Notes: generated from the letters alone by a model not told the origin. Shown: positions 19,488 to 28,961, counted from the stretch's first letter. The stretch is 64,000 nt of DNA from Candidatus Dormiibacterota bacterium (GCA_963751755.1 CAVVVH010000001.1:35140-99139), one strand, 5' to 3'. A program made the numbers and translations.

Positions 19488-19613
19488 GGGAGCGGTGGGA
19501 CGGGATCGCTTCGGTCGCGGTGCTCGCGGGCGCATCGGAGCCCCCCGGCTTCGCCCGGTCGGTCTCCTCGTCTGCTCGCAATGCTCGCTCCGCAATCCCG
19601 TCCCACCGCTCCC
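19488..19613 (+). repeat. palindromic intergenic repeat, copy 2 (same orientation as copy 1)
   Basis: Aligns along the full length of copy 1 with only scattered substitutions or indels. Here the inverted repeat extends outwards (CCAATAAGGGAGCGG / CCGCTCCCTCATTGG) into the stop codon of the convergent amidotransferase gene. Confidence 0.8.
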
Positions 19614-20300
19614 TCATTGGGACACCCCACCCATCCACTCGAGAAAGCCGGCCATCAGCGCGCGGCTCGTCGGCGCGTCGCGCATCTCGTCCGGGTGCCA
19701 CTGCACGCTCATGAGCAGCGTGTCCGGCGCCTCCAGCGCCTCGATGACGCCGTCCGCGCTGCGGGCGGACGCGGTGAGTGTCGCGGCGACGGTGTCCACC
19801 GCCTGGTGGTGGCCGCTGTTCACCGCGGCGGCGTCGACCCCGAGGATGCGGCGCAGCCGCGTCCCGGCGACGATGTGCACCTCGTGCGCGGGCGCCGACG
19901 GGTCGTCGTCCCACTGCGGGTGGTCGATGTGCTGGAGCAGCGTACCGCCCAGGGCCACGTTGAGAAGCTGCTGGCCGCGGCAGATCCCGAGGACCGGGAG
20001 GCGGCGCGCGTGCGCGGCGGCGAACACGTCGAGCTCCAGCTCATCCAGTTCGGGCACGACCGCCTCGAGCCTGTCGTCGGGCTCCTGGCCGTACCGTGAC
20101 GGTGCGATGTCGGGGCCGCCGGGGAGCAGCAGGCCGTCGAGTCGCGCGACGACGGACGTGCCGGCCCCTGGCGTCAGCAGGAGCGGTGTCATCCCGCCCT
20201 CGGTGAGGAGGCTGAGGTACTTGAGAGCGTTCTCCCCGGGTCCGGTCGACCGGCCCACGAGGTCGTCGCTCCACGTCAACCCCACGGTCGGCCTGGCCAT
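19614..20300 (-). CDS. class I glutamine amidotransferase / gamma-glutamyl hydrolase (peptidase C26-like)
   Basis: 228 aa with LPVLGICRGQQLLNVALGGTL (nucleophile Cys) and a distal H..E. Confidence 0.8.
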   Translation of the reverse strand: MARPTVGLTWSDDLVGRSTGPGENALKYLSLLTEGGMTPLLLTPGAGTSVVARLDGLLLPGGPDIAPSRYGQEPDDRLEAVVPELDELELDVFAAAHARRLPVLGICRGQQLLNVALGGTLLQHIDHPQWDDDPSAPAHEVHIVAGTRLRRILGVDAAAVNSGHHQAVDTVAATLTASARSADGVIEALEAPDTLLMSVQWHPDEMRDAPTSRALMAGFLEWMGGVSQ

Positions 20301-20355
20301 CGTTCCTCTCCTGCACTGCAGCGTGCCCCGATGCTAGGGGACGTACGATTCGCCC

Positions 20356-21045
20356 GTGTCGGGGATGGCGGTGGTCTGCGGTGCGAGCGGCGGGCTGGGC
20401 CCGGCGGTGGTCGAGGCTCTCGCAGCGACGCATGCCGTCGTCGTCGGCGTCGCGTCGCCTCGCCAGTCCAGGAGCGACCTCGAAGCCATCTCAGCGGCGG
20501 CGCGCTGGGAGCAGGCTGACCTCACTGAGCCCGCCTCGGTCGAGGCGCTCTGGGCTCGGCTCGACGAGCTGGCGGAGCCGGTGGTCTCGGTGGTCAACGT
20601 CACCGGGGGTTTCCGCGGTGGGACGGTGGTCGATTCCACGCCGGACGACGTGCTCGCCATGCTGCAGCTCAACCTGCACACCGCGTGGTGGTCGTGCCGA
20701 GCCGCCGGGGCGCGGATGTCGCGCAGCGGGGGCGGCTGCATCGTCAACGTCGGCTCGCGGTCGGCGCTGGTGGGTGGGAGCGGAGCCGCTGCGTACTCGG
20801 TGGCCAAGGCGGCGGTCATCCGTCTGACCGAGGTGCTCGCGGCCGAGCTCAAGAGCGGCGGCGTGCGGGTGAATGTCGTCGTCCCGGCGGTCATCGACAC
20901 GGCGGCCAACCGCTCCTGGATGAAGCCGGCCGACCTGGCCAAGGCGGTGCAGCCGTCCGCCATCGCGGCGGTCATCGCGTTCCTGTGCAGCGATGCGGCG
21001 AGCCCGATCAGCGGGGCGGCGGTGCCGGTGTATGGCAGCTTCTGA
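20356..21045 (+). CDS. short-chain dehydrogenase/reductase (SDR)
   Basis: 229 aa with GASGGLG, catalytic YSVAK and PAVIDT. Confidence 0.8.
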   Translation: MSGMAVVCGASGGLGPAVVEALAATHAVVVGVASPRQSRSDLEAISAAARWEQADLTEPASVEALWARLDELAEPVVSVVNVTGGFRGGTVVDSTPDDVLAMLQLNLHTAWWSCRAAGARMSRSGGGCIVNVGSRSALVGGSGAAAYSVAKAAVIRLTEVLAAELKSGGVRVNVVVPAVIDTAANRSWMKPADLAKAVQPSAIAAVIAFLCSDAASPISGAAVPVYGSF

Positions 21046-21358
21046 GCGTTCGCGGGCGGCTCGCCCGGGCGCGATCGCGCCAGAGGACGCCTACCGGGCG
21101 CTGCGGGCGCACCCGGCGTGGATCGTCGAGCGCGACCGCATCCGCCGCGACCTGCGCTTCGCGTCGTTCTCGGCGGCGGTGGACTTCATCGACCGCGTTG
21201 CCGCCGTCGCTGAGGAGGTTGGCCACCACCCCAACATCCGCCTGCACGAATGGTGTTTCGTCGAGCTCGAGGTGTACTCGCACGTCAGCGGCGGCCTGAC
21301 CGGCAAGGACGTCGAGCTCGCCGCTGCCATCGACGCGATGATCGAGAGCCAGCCCTAG
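21032..21358 (+). CDS. pterin-4-alpha-carbinolamine dehydratase
   Basis: EEVGHHPNI...W..V.L.L.SH motif ([34 protein letters not shown]). The start is uncertain (ATG 21032 or 20993). Confidence 0.75.
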   Translation: MAASERSRAARPGAIAPEDAYRALRAHPAWIVERDRIRRDLRFASFSAAVDFIDRVAAVAEEVGHHPNIRLHEWCFVELEVYSHVSGGLTGKDVELAAAIDAMIESQP

Positions 21359-22113
21359 CGACTCTCGGCGACGTGCTCGGTGCTGACCGGGAGGATGCCG
21401 GCGATGATCCTGTACGCGGCGCGGTTGGTGGCCAGGCCGACGTGGCTGCCGGGCACGGCGATCGACTCGACGTCCGGCCGCACGCAGGCGTGCCAGTCGA
21501 CGACCGCGTCACTGCGCGAGTAGATCGAGGTGGTGGGCACCGCCACGGTCGCCGCCAGGTCCCTCTCGAAGCGCGGGTCGTCGGCGAACGCTCCACGGAC
21601 CGGGAGGCCGTGGCCGCGGCGGATGGCTCGAACCGCGACCTGGGCCAGCGGGCTCACCGCCCACGGGTTGCCGATCGGCGAACCGAGCGTGATCACCTGC
21701 CGCACCAGCGCGGACCGCCTGCGGGCGAGCACCACGGCGAGCAGACCGCCGCGGCTGTGGCCGATCATCGTGACCGGCTCAGCGCACGCCGCGTGAGCCG
21801 CATGGAGCTTGCGGGTCAGCATCGCGACGGTCGCCTCCGAGGCGTACTGGTTGATGCGCAGGCCCGACCCGAACGGCCGGTAGCCCATCCGGCGCAGCCA
21901 GCCGGACATCACCGACAGGCTCCAGTCGCCGGCCAGGAAACCCGGGATCAGCAGCACCGGTTGCCCATCGCCGCGGGGCAGGTCCTCACCGCGGAAGACG
22001 GGGTCCCGGGCCAGCTGCAGGCGTTCCACGGCGGCGCGCGCCTCGAGCAGTGGGGGGCGGCGCAACCAGTGCCACGCCGCACCCGCGCGTGAGCCGGCGC
22101 TGTCCTCCGTCAT
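21355..22113 (-). CDS. alpha/beta-fold hydrolase (lipase/esterase-like)
   Basis: 252 aa with nucleophile elbow GHSRGG. Confidence 0.7.
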   Translation of the reverse strand: MTEDSAGSRAGAAWHWLRRPPLLEARAAVERLQLARDPVFRGEDLPRGDGQPVLLIPGFLAGDWSLSVMSGWLRRMGYRPFGSGLRINQYASEATVAMLTRKLHAAHAACAEPVTMIGHSRGGLLAVVLARRRSALVRQVITLGSPIGNPWAVSPLAQVAVRAIRRGHGLPVRGAFADDPRFERDLAATVAVPTTSIYSRSDAVVDWHACVRPDVESIAVPGSHVGLATNRAAYRIIAGILPVSTEHVAESR

Positions 22114-22181
22114 CGCGCTCCTCCGAGTAGGGCCTCCCTATATTCTCGCGGCTGCGAACCGGTGAAGGAGGCGTCAAGCGG

Positions 22182-22961
22182 ATGAGGCTGGCCACGTGGA
22201 ACGTCAACTCGCTCGCCGCGCGCATGCCGCGCGTCGTCGACTGGCTGGCGTCCACGCGTCCGGACGTGCTGTGCCTGCAGGAGACCAAGCTCGCCGACGC
22301 GGCCTTCCCGCACGACCAGCTGCGCGAGCTCGGCTACGAGGCAGCCGTGTACGGGACGGGTCAGTGGAATGGTGTGGCCATCATCTCCGCGGTGGGCATC
22401 GCCGGCGTGCACCGCGGCTTCGATGGCGAGCCGGGATTCCCGGACGCGGAGGCGCGCTCGCTGGCGGCCACGTGCGGTGGTGTCCGCGTCTGGTCGCTGT
22501 ATGTTCCCAACGGCAGGACTGTCGACAGCCCCCACTTCGCCTACAAGATCGCCTGGCTCGCCGCGCTGCACGACGCCGTCGCCGCCGACGCCGCCACGTT
22601 CCCGGCGATGGCGGTGTGCGGCGACTTCAACGTGGCCCCCACCGACGTCGACGTGTGGGACCCGGGCGCCTTCGTCGGCTCGACACACGTCACCCCGATG
22701 GAGCGCGCGGCGGTGGCGTCGCTCGTCGAGGTCGGCTTCGTCGACGTCGAGGCGCGCGCTCTCAAGGGAGACCGACCGTTCACCTACTGGGACTACCGCG
22801 CCGGGAACTTCCACAAGGGCCTCGGCATGCGGATCGACCTGGTTCTCCTCAGCAGCGCGCTGGCCGCAACTGTCTCCGACGCGTACGTGGACCGCGACGC
22901 GCGCAAGGGCAAGCTTCCCTCCGACCACGCTCCGGTGGTCGTGGATTTCGCAGCTCCCTAG
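22182..22961 (+). CDS. xthA: exodeoxyribonuclease III
   Basis: GAAGGAGG RBS. MRLATWNVNSL...LCLQETK...GDFNVAP...SDHAPV, the EEP nuclease motifs. Confidence 0.9.
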   Translation: MRLATWNVNSLAARMPRVVDWLASTRPDVLCLQETKLADAAFPHDQLRELGYEAAVYGTGQWNGVAIISAVGIAGVHRGFDGEPGFPDAEARSLAATCGGVRVWSLYVPNGRTVDSPHFAYKIAWLAALHDAVAADAATFPAMAVCGDFNVAPTDVDVWDPGAFVGSTHVTPMERAAVASLVEVGFVDVEARALKGDRPFTYWDYRAGNFHKGLGMRIDLVLLSSALAATVSDAYVDRDARKGKLPSDHAPVVVDFAAP

Positions 22962-22962
22962 C

Positions 22963-23457
22963 ATGCAGATAACGGTGCGGCGTGCGTCGATGGCCGATGT
23001 CGAGGCGCTCGAGCCCCTGTGGGTCTCGATGGTGGAGCACCACCGCGCGGTTGCCGGTGCGCAGTGGCCCGTTCGCACCGCGGACGCCGCGTGGCGAATC
23101 CGTCAGGCGGAATATCGCGCCTGGCTGACCGACGGCTCCGGCACCCTGTTCACCGCGACGCTCGGCGAGGCGCCGGCGCCGGCCGGCTACGCGATGCTCC
23201 GCGTCCACAAGCCTGGCGCCAGCTGGGACCTCGGCGCGCTGATGGGGGAGGTGGAGTCACTCGCGGTGGCCGCGACCGCGAGGGGGGCAGGTGTCGGCAG
23301 CGCGTTGATGGCGGCCTGCCGCGAGGAGTTGAAGAGCCGCGGGGTCACGTACTGGTCGGTCGCCGTCGTGGAGGCAAACGCGGGCGCGGTGCGCCTCTAC
23401 GAGAGGGAGGGCTTCCGATCGTTCTACCGGCTGTTGCTCGGCGAGGTCGAAGCGTAG
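22963..23457 (+). CDS. GNAT family N-acetyltransferase
   Basis: 164 aa with an acetyl-CoA motif A-like stretch VAATARGAGVGSALMAA. Confidence 0.75.
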   Translation: MQITVRRASMADVEALEPLWVSMVEHHRAVAGAQWPVRTADAAWRIRQAEYRAWLTDGSGTLFTATLGEAPAPAGYAMLRVHKPGASWDLGALMGEVESLAVAATARGAGVGSALMAACREELKSRGVTYWSVAVVEANAGAVRLYEREGFRSFYRLLLGEVEA

Positions 23458-24419
23458 GCGTCAGGCCGCGGCACCAGCGCGACCGCGACCCCGGCGGCGG
23501 GATCACCAACGTCGATCATCTCGGGTTCGGTGACGCAGCTCGGGACACGGCGGCGGTGCCGCACCGCGTCGAACGTGAGACATGCGAGCGCCAGCCACAC
23601 CAGCGAGAACCCGCCGAGCACCGCCGGCGGCATCGGTTCGTGGCGCACCAGCACGCCGATGGCGAACTGCAGGAGCGGCGCCAGGTACTGGAGCAGCCCA
23701 TGCGTCGACAGTGGAAGGCGCGTCGCCGCTGCCGCGAAGAAGAGAAGAGGGATGGCGGTCGCCGGGCCCGCCGCCGCGAGCAGGAGCAGATGCCCGGGCG
23801 TCGCCGGGCTGCCAACCCACGTGGCCGCGCCGGTGCCGGCGAGCACGGCCAGGACGGCGAGGGCCGGCACGGTGAGGACGGCTGCCTCGATGAGCAAACC
23901 CTCGGGCGCGGTCGCGCGCGTGCGCTTCTTGATCAGGCCGTAGGTGCCGAACGAGATGGCGAGCAGCAGAGCCAGCCATGGAGGCCGGCCGTAGTCGACG
24001 CTGAGGACCAGCACGGCCGCCGCTCCCAGCGCGACCGCCACCCACTGTGTCGGGCGCAGGCGCTCGTGCAGGAGCACGACTCCCAACGCCACCGTGATCA
24101 ACGGGGTGATGAAGTAGCCGAGGCTCGTCTCCACGACGTGGCCGTTGTTGACGCCCCAGATGTACGCGCCCCAGTTCACCGCGATGATGGCGCCTGCGGC
24201 GCACAGGCGGATGACGGTGCCGCGGTCCATGGCGCGCAGCCCGCGGAGCTCGCTCCGCACGGCCAGCAGAAGGGCCACCACGATGAGGCTCAGCACGATC
24301 CGGCAGGCGAGGATCTCGAGCGCGCTCGCAGGTTCCAGCAGCGGCCAGTACAGCGGGAACAGGCCCCAGAGCCCGTACGCGGTGGCACCGTACAGCAGCC
24401 CGCGTTTCGACCTGGTCAC
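23424..24419 (-). CDS. rarD: EamA/RarD-family (DMT superfamily) transporter
   Basis: 331 aa, about 10 TM helices. N-terminal GLLYGATAYGLWGLFPLYW is characteristic of RarD. Confidence 0.8.
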   Translation of the reverse strand: MTRSKRGLLYGATAYGLWGLFPLYWPLLEPASALEILACRIVLSLIVVALLLAVRSELRGLRAMDRGTVIRLCAAGAIIAVNWGAYIWGVNNGHVVETSLGYFITPLITVALGVVLLHERLRPTQWVAVALGAAAVLVLSVDYGRPPWLALLLAISFGTYGLIKKRTRATAPEGLLIEAAVLTVPALAVLAVLAGTGAATWVGSPATPGHLLLLAAAGPATAIPLLFFAAAATRLPLSTHGLLQYLAPLLQFAIGVLVRHEPMPPAVLGGFSLVWLALACLTFDAVRHRRRVPSCVTEPEMIDVGDPAAGVAVALVPRPDAYASTSPSNSR

Positions 24420-24442
24420 ACCTCAACATACAATGCCGCGCC

Positions 24443-24895
24443 ATGAACTGGTTCCTGCTGTTGAAGTCGCTGCACGTGCTGTCGGCGATCGTGGCTGTGG
24501 GCTCCAACATCACCTACGGTGTGTGGTCGGCCCTCGCCAAGCGCGAGCCGGCGCACCTGCCGTTCGCGCTGCGCGGGGTGAAGCTGCTCGACGACCGAGT
24601 GGCGAACCCGGCGTACGGGGTGCTCCTGGTGACCGGCCTGATCATGGCCTTCACCACCTACCGGATCGGTCTGACGTGGATCCTCGCCGGCCTCGGCGGG
24701 TACGTCGTCATGGCCGTGCTCGGCGTGGCCGTGATCGGGCCTGCCCTGTCCGCGCAGATCACCTCGCTCGACGCCGAGGGCGCTGCCAGCGCGCGCTACC
24801 GGGCTGCCGAGGCTCGGGTTCGGGGCGTGGGCATGTTCCTCGGCGTGCTGGCCGTCCTGGTGGTGTTCGACATGGTGGTGAAGCCTCAGTTCTGA
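24443..24895 (+). CDS. DUF2269-like integral membrane protein
   Basis: 150 aa, 4 TM helices. Begins MNWFLLLKSLHVLSAIVAVGSN. Divergent from rarD with only 23 bp between the start codons. Confidence 0.65.
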   Translation: MNWFLLLKSLHVLSAIVAVGSNITYGVWSALAKREPAHLPFALRGVKLLDDRVANPAYGVLLVTGLIMAFTTYRIGLTWILAGLGGYVVMAVLGVAVIGPALSAQITSLDAEGAASARYRAAEARVRGVGMFLGVLAVLVVFDMVVKPQF

Positions 24896-24980
24896 CTGGT
24901 TGCTCAGCCCGCCCCAGCCCGCTTTCGGCGCCAAACGCTGATATCGACGCTGTACCCAATGGTGGCACCGCGGGAGTACG

Positions 24981-25256
24981 ATGGCGACCGTGGCCGAGCA
25001 CGATCCCGCCGCGTTCGAGGAGCTCTTCCAGTCCGAGCCGGACGATGCGTCCGCAGCGGAGAGGGCGGAGTGGGTGAACCTCTACGCGCGGCTCGTCGAC
25101 CTCCTCGAGCGTCAGCTTGCGGAGACGGACCGCTTTGCCGGATCGGTGCCCGAGCCGATGCGCAGGTACCTCAAGGGGGAGAACAGGAAGATTTTGGTCG
25201 AGGAGCTCGAGATCTTTCGCGACCGGCTCACCCACTGGCGCGCCGCCTCGGATTGA
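24981..25256 (+). CDS. hypothetical acidic helical protein (91 aa)
   Basis: ORF with a GGGAG RBS and plausible protein-like composition. No motif recognised. Confidence 0.45.
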   Translation: MATVAEHDPAAFEELFQSEPDDASAAERAEWVNLYARLVDLLERQLAETDRFAGSVPEPMRRYLKGENRKILVEELEIFRDRLTHWRAASD

Positions 25257-25284
25257 GCTGCGCGCGGACGGTGCTGATGACCGA

Positions 25285-25731
25285 TCAGGCCGGAGTCTTC
25301 GCCCCCACCGGGGCGGGCGTGCGCTCCCGCCGCCGCGCCACCTCGCCGGGCGCGTGCTCGTGCTGGTCCGCCTCGTAGCGATCGATGAAGTCGATGATCA
25401 TGTCGCGCATGCCGCACAGTTCACGCGCCCAGTCGTCGAGCACCACGCTGCCTTCCACGGTGATCTCGTAGCGCCGCCGTCGCGGACCTTCCGCCGAGCG
25501 CTCCCACGTCGAGTGCACCAGACCGTCGTCCTCCATCTGGTTGAGGGTGCGGTACACGGTGCCAGGGTCCCAGTGCCCGAACGATAGCGGGGCGAGCTTC
25601 TCGCGCAACTCGTAGCCGTAGGTCGGCTCCTCGCCGAGAAGCAGCAGCACGCACGGACGCAGGTAATTCCTTGGCTGGACGGGCATCCTGCCGGCGTCGG
25701 CGTGCGCGCTCGAAGGGTCGGCGCGGCTCAT
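25285..25731 (-). CDS. PadR-family transcriptional regulator
   Basis: GGAGGGA RBS and ATG 25731 (alternative 25686). Winged-helix core LLLLGEEPTYGYELREKL...GTVYRTLNQMEDDGLV...RRRYEIT. Confidence 0.85.
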   Translation of the reverse strand: MSRADPSSAHADAGRMPVQPRNYLRPCVLLLLGEEPTYGYELREKLAPLSFGHWDPGTVYRTLNQMEDDGLVHSTWERSAEGPRRRRYEITVEGSVVLDDWARELCGMRDMIIDFIDRYEADQHEHAPGEVARRRERTPAPVGAKTPA

Positions 25732-25913
25732 CTGGCTCCCTCCGAGCTTGCTGTCACACCAACGATTGCAGGACCGCACCCGGCAGTTCGGTACGGTGCC
25801 GAACACCCGGCAGAACGGCTCCGCCGATCCGTCGAGGATGGACCCGGGGGCGCAAAAATGCAACCGCCGATCGAGACGGTCGTGGGCGTCCTTGTAGGTG
25901 GAACCCGCACATA

Positions 25914-25942
25914 TTGACCTCCCCGAATCGGATACCTACGGT
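25914..25942 (+). promoter_or_regulatory. candidate sigma-70-type promoter for hhyS
   Basis: TTGACC, a 17-nt spacer, then TACGGT (TANNNT), about 60 nt upstream of hhyS ATG 26002 in the least GC-rich patch of the intergenic region. Prediction by eye only. Confidence 0.3.
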
Positions 25943-26001
25943 GTCGCTTTGGTGTGGCGTTCCACGCACTCCTACGTGTCCAAGCCAGGGAGGTGAGCCG
26001 C

Positions 26002-27102
26002 ATGGTGACCGAGGCAGCGCCGTACGGACGGAAGACACAGAAGGAGCCGCCCGTCAAGGACGTCCACATCGTGTGGATCACAGCGGGACTCAGTTGCGAC
26101 GGTGACTCCGTCTCGATCACCGCCGCCACTCAGCCCAGCATCGAGGACGTCCTGCTCGGCTCGATCCCAGGCCTGCCGACCGTCCACCTGTACAACCCGG
26201 TCCTGGCGTACGACAACGGCGACGACTTCCTCAAGCCGTGGTTCGCCGCCGCTCGCGGTGAGCTCGACCCATTCGTCCTCGTCGTCGAGGGATCGATCCC
26301 CAACGAGAAGCTCAACGCCGACAACGGCGGCTACTGGGCGGCCGTGGGCACCGACCCGGCGACCGGCCAACCGATCACCACCAACGAATGGATCGATCGG
26401 CTCGCCCCCAAGGCGCTGGCAGTGGTCGCGGCCGGAACGTGCGCGACGTACGGCGGTATCCACGCGATGCAGGGCAATCCCACCGGCGCCATGGGACTTG
26501 CCGACTACCTCGGCTGGGACTTCAAGACCGGTGCCGGGCTCCCTGTCATCAACGTCCCGGGCTGTCCCGTGCAACCCGACAACTTCATGGAGGTGGTGCT
26601 CTACCTCCTGTACCAGGTGTCGGGATTGGCGCCGGTCATCCCGCTCGACGACCAGCTGCGGCCCACGTGGCTCTTCGGCGCCACCGTGCACGACGGCTGC
26701 GACCGCGGCGCGCACTACGAGCAGGGCGAGTTCGCCAAGGTGTACGGGTCGCCGCTCTGCCTGGTCAAGCTCGGCTGCTGGGGGCCGGTGGTCAACTGCA
26801 ACGTCCCCAAGCGCGGCTGGATGATGGGCATCGGTGGATGCCCCAACGTCGGCGGCATCTGCATCGGCTGCACCATGCCCGGCTTCCCGGACAAGTTCAT
26901 GCCCTTCATGGACGAGCCGCCGGGGGCCAAGCTGTCGACCAAGATCGTCGGCACCTACGGCAAGAGCATCCGCAGCCTGCGCACTCTGACCAACACCACG
27001 GTCAACAAGGAGCCGAAGTGGCGCCACAACCGGCCGGAGCTGACCACCGGCTACAAGCCGCAGACAGGCGGTGTCGCCAAGTCATTCAACCGTCCATCGT
27101 AG
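26002..27102 (+). CDS. hhyS: [NiFe]-hydrogenase small subunit, group 1h (no Tat signal)
   Basis: AGGGAGGTG RBS. Motifs: ...WITAGLSCDGDS..., GTCATYGG, PGCP, and a C-terminal Cys cluster CWGPVVNCNVPKRGW..GIGGCPNVGGICIGCTMPGFPD. No RRxFxK motif. Confidence 0.9.
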   Translation: MVTEAAPYGRKTQKEPPVKDVHIVWITAGLSCDGDSVSITAATQPSIEDVLLGSIPGLPTVHLYNPVLAYDNGDDFLKPWFAAARGELDPFVLVVEGSIPNEKLNADNGGYWAAVGTDPATGQPITTNEWIDRLAPKALAVVAAGTCATYGGIHAMQGNPTGAMGLADYLGWDFKTGAGLPVINVPGCPVQPDNFMEVVLYLLYQVSGLAPVIPLDDQLRPTWLFGATVHDGCDRGAHYEQGEFAKVYGSPLCLVKLGCWGPVVNCNVPKRGWMMGIGGCPNVGGICIGCTMPGFPDKFMPFMDEPPGAKLSTKIVGTYGKSIRSLRTLTNTTVNKEPKWRHNRPELTTGYKPQTGGVAKSFNRPS

Positions 27103-27120
27103 AAGTAGGAGAAACCACCG

Positions 27121-28905
27121 ATGGCGACACTCATGCAAAAGGGGGGTACCCCCAAATCCGGGACGCTGACAGACGTCTCGTGGGACCCGATCACGCGCAT
27201 CGTCGGCAGCCTCGGCATCTTCACCAAGATCGACTTCGCCAACCGCGTCGTCGCCGACTGCCGCAGCACCTCGTCGATCTTCCGCGGCTACAGCATCTTC
27301 ATGAAGGGCAAGGACCCGCGCGACGCGCACTTCATCACCAGCCGCATCTGCGGCATCTGCGGCGACAACCACGCCACCTGCGCCACCTACGCGCAGAACA
27401 TGGCCTTCGGCATCAGTCCGCCGGCCATCGCGGAGTGGATCGTCAACCTCGGCGAGGCGGCCGAGTACATGTTCGACCACAACATCTTCCAGGACAACCT
27501 GTTGATGGTCGACTTCTGCGAGCAGATGGTCAAGGAGACCAACCCGAGCGTGCTCGCCAAGGCCGAGAACACGCCGGCACCGCACGCCGGCGACCACGGC
27601 TACCGGACCATCGCCGACATCATGCGCGCGCTCAACCCCTTCACCGGTGAGTTCTATCGCGAGACGCTGCACGTCAGCCGCTACACCCGCGAGATGTTCT
27701 GCCTGATGGAGGGACGACACGTCCATCCGTCCACGCTGTACCCGGGCGGCGTCGGCACCGTTCCCACCGTCCAGCTCTTCACCGACTACCTCGTGCGGCT
27801 CATGAAGTACGTGGAGTTCATGAAGAAGGTCGTGCCGCTGCACGACGACATCTTCGACTTCTTCTACGAGGCGCTCCCCGGCTACGAGGAGGTGGGCCGG
27901 CGCCGCATGGACACCGTCTGCTGGGGCTCGTTCAACGACCCGGCGGAGTGCGACTACACGTACAAGCGCATGGGCGAGTGGGGCAAGGCGATGTTCGTCA
28001 CCCCCGGGTGCGTGGTCGACGGCAAGCTGGTCACCACCGACCTCGTGGACATCAACCTCAACATCCGCATCCTGCTCGGCCACTCGTACTACGACGACTG
28101 GGCCAACTCCGAGACCTTCGTCACCAAGGACCCGCTCGGCAACCCCGTCGACCAGCGTCACCCGTGGAACCAGACAACGCTGCCGCGTCCGCAGAAGCGC
28201 GACTTCGACGACAAGTACAGCTGGGTCATGTGCCCGCGCTGGCTGCACAACGGCGAGCACCTCGCCATGGACACCGGCGGCGGCGCGTTCGCCCGCCTGC
28301 TGGCCACCTCGCTGGCCGGCCTCGTCGACATCGGCTACGTCAAGGCGACCGGTCACAGCACCAAGATCTACCTGCCCAAGACGCAGACCAAGCCCGAGGT
28401 GGAGTTCGAGTGGCACGTGCCGAAGTGGAGCAACGCCATCGAGCGTGACCGCGCCCGCACGTACTTCCAGGCCTACGCGGCCGGCGCGGCCCTGCACTTC
28501 ATCGAGAAGGCGTTCGAGGAGCTCCACGCCGGGCGCACCGACACCTTCACCCCGTTCGAGGTGCCGGACGAGGCGATCGGCTGCGGCTTCCACGAGGCGG
28601 TGCGCGGCGTGCTCTCGCACCACGTGGTCATCCGCGAGGGCAAGATCGCCAACTACCACCCGTACCCGCCGACGCCGTGGAACGCCACGCCGCGGGACAG
28701 CTACGGCACGCCCGGTCCGTACGAGGACAGCGTGCAGAACACGCCGATCTTCGAGGAGAACGGGCCGGACAACTTCAAGGGCATCGACATCATGCGCGCC
28801 GTGCGCAGCTTCGATCCCTGCCTGCCGTGCGGGGTGCACATGTACCTCGGCGACGGCAAGGTGCTGGAGCGCAAGCACTCGCCAACCTTTGGTGGCACGC
28901 ACTGA
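27121..28905 (+). CDS. hhyL: [NiFe]-hydrogenase large subunit, group 1h/5 (high-affinity type)
   Basis: Intact 594 aa. L1 TSRICGICGDNH, L2 SFDPCLPCGVH, followed by a 21-aa C-terminal extension that would be the substrate of the endopeptidase. Confidence 0.92.
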   Translation: MATLMQKGGTPKSGTLTDVSWDPITRIVGSLGIFTKIDFANRVVADCRSTSSIFRGYSIFMKGKDPRDAHFITSRICGICGDNHATCATYAQNMAFGISPPAIAEWIVNLGEAAEYMFDHNIFQDNLLMVDFCEQMVKETNPSVLAKAENTPAPHAGDHGYRTIADIMRALNPFTGEFYRETLHVSRYTREMFCLMEGRHVHPSTLYPGGVGTVPTVQLFTDYLVRLMKYVEFMKKVVPLHDDIFDFFYEALPGYEEVGRRRMDTVCWGSFNDPAECDYTYKRMGEWGKAMFVTPGCVVDGKLVTTDLVDINLNIRILLGHSYYDDWANSETFVTKDPLGNPVDQRHPWNQTTLPRPQKRDFDDKYSWVMCPRWLHNGEHLAMDTGGGAFARLLATSLAGLVDIGYVKATGHSTKIYLPKTQTKPEVEFEWHVPKWSNAIERDRARTYFQAYAAGAALHFIEKAFEELHAGRTDTFTPFEVPDEAIGCGFHEAVRGVLSHHVVIREGKIANYHPYPPTPWNATPRDSYGTPGPYEDSVQNTPIFEENGPDNFKGIDIMRAVRSFDPCLPCGVHMYLGDGKVLERKHSPTFGGTH

Positions 28906-28961
28906 CGGCCACAGCGTTCAGCCCGCCGTCCCGCGGCTCTGACGGAGAGTTCGCGGGGCGG

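Noticed and set aside
17702-19613. The two palindromic repeats as ends of a composite transposon carrying the ABC-F gene
   Set aside because: The copies are in direct rather than inverted orientation. I see no transposase or integrase anywhere in the window and no clear target-site duplication. They are kept as a repeat-family observation only.
27082-28902. 606-aa ORF on the minus strand, the longest antisense ORF in the window
   Set aside because: It is exactly antisense to hhyL, which carries unambiguous [NiFe] large-subunit motifs. The translation is Arg/Ala/Val/Gly-rich low-complexity sequence, as expected for the stop-poor antisense frame of about 70% GC DNA. It has no RBS.
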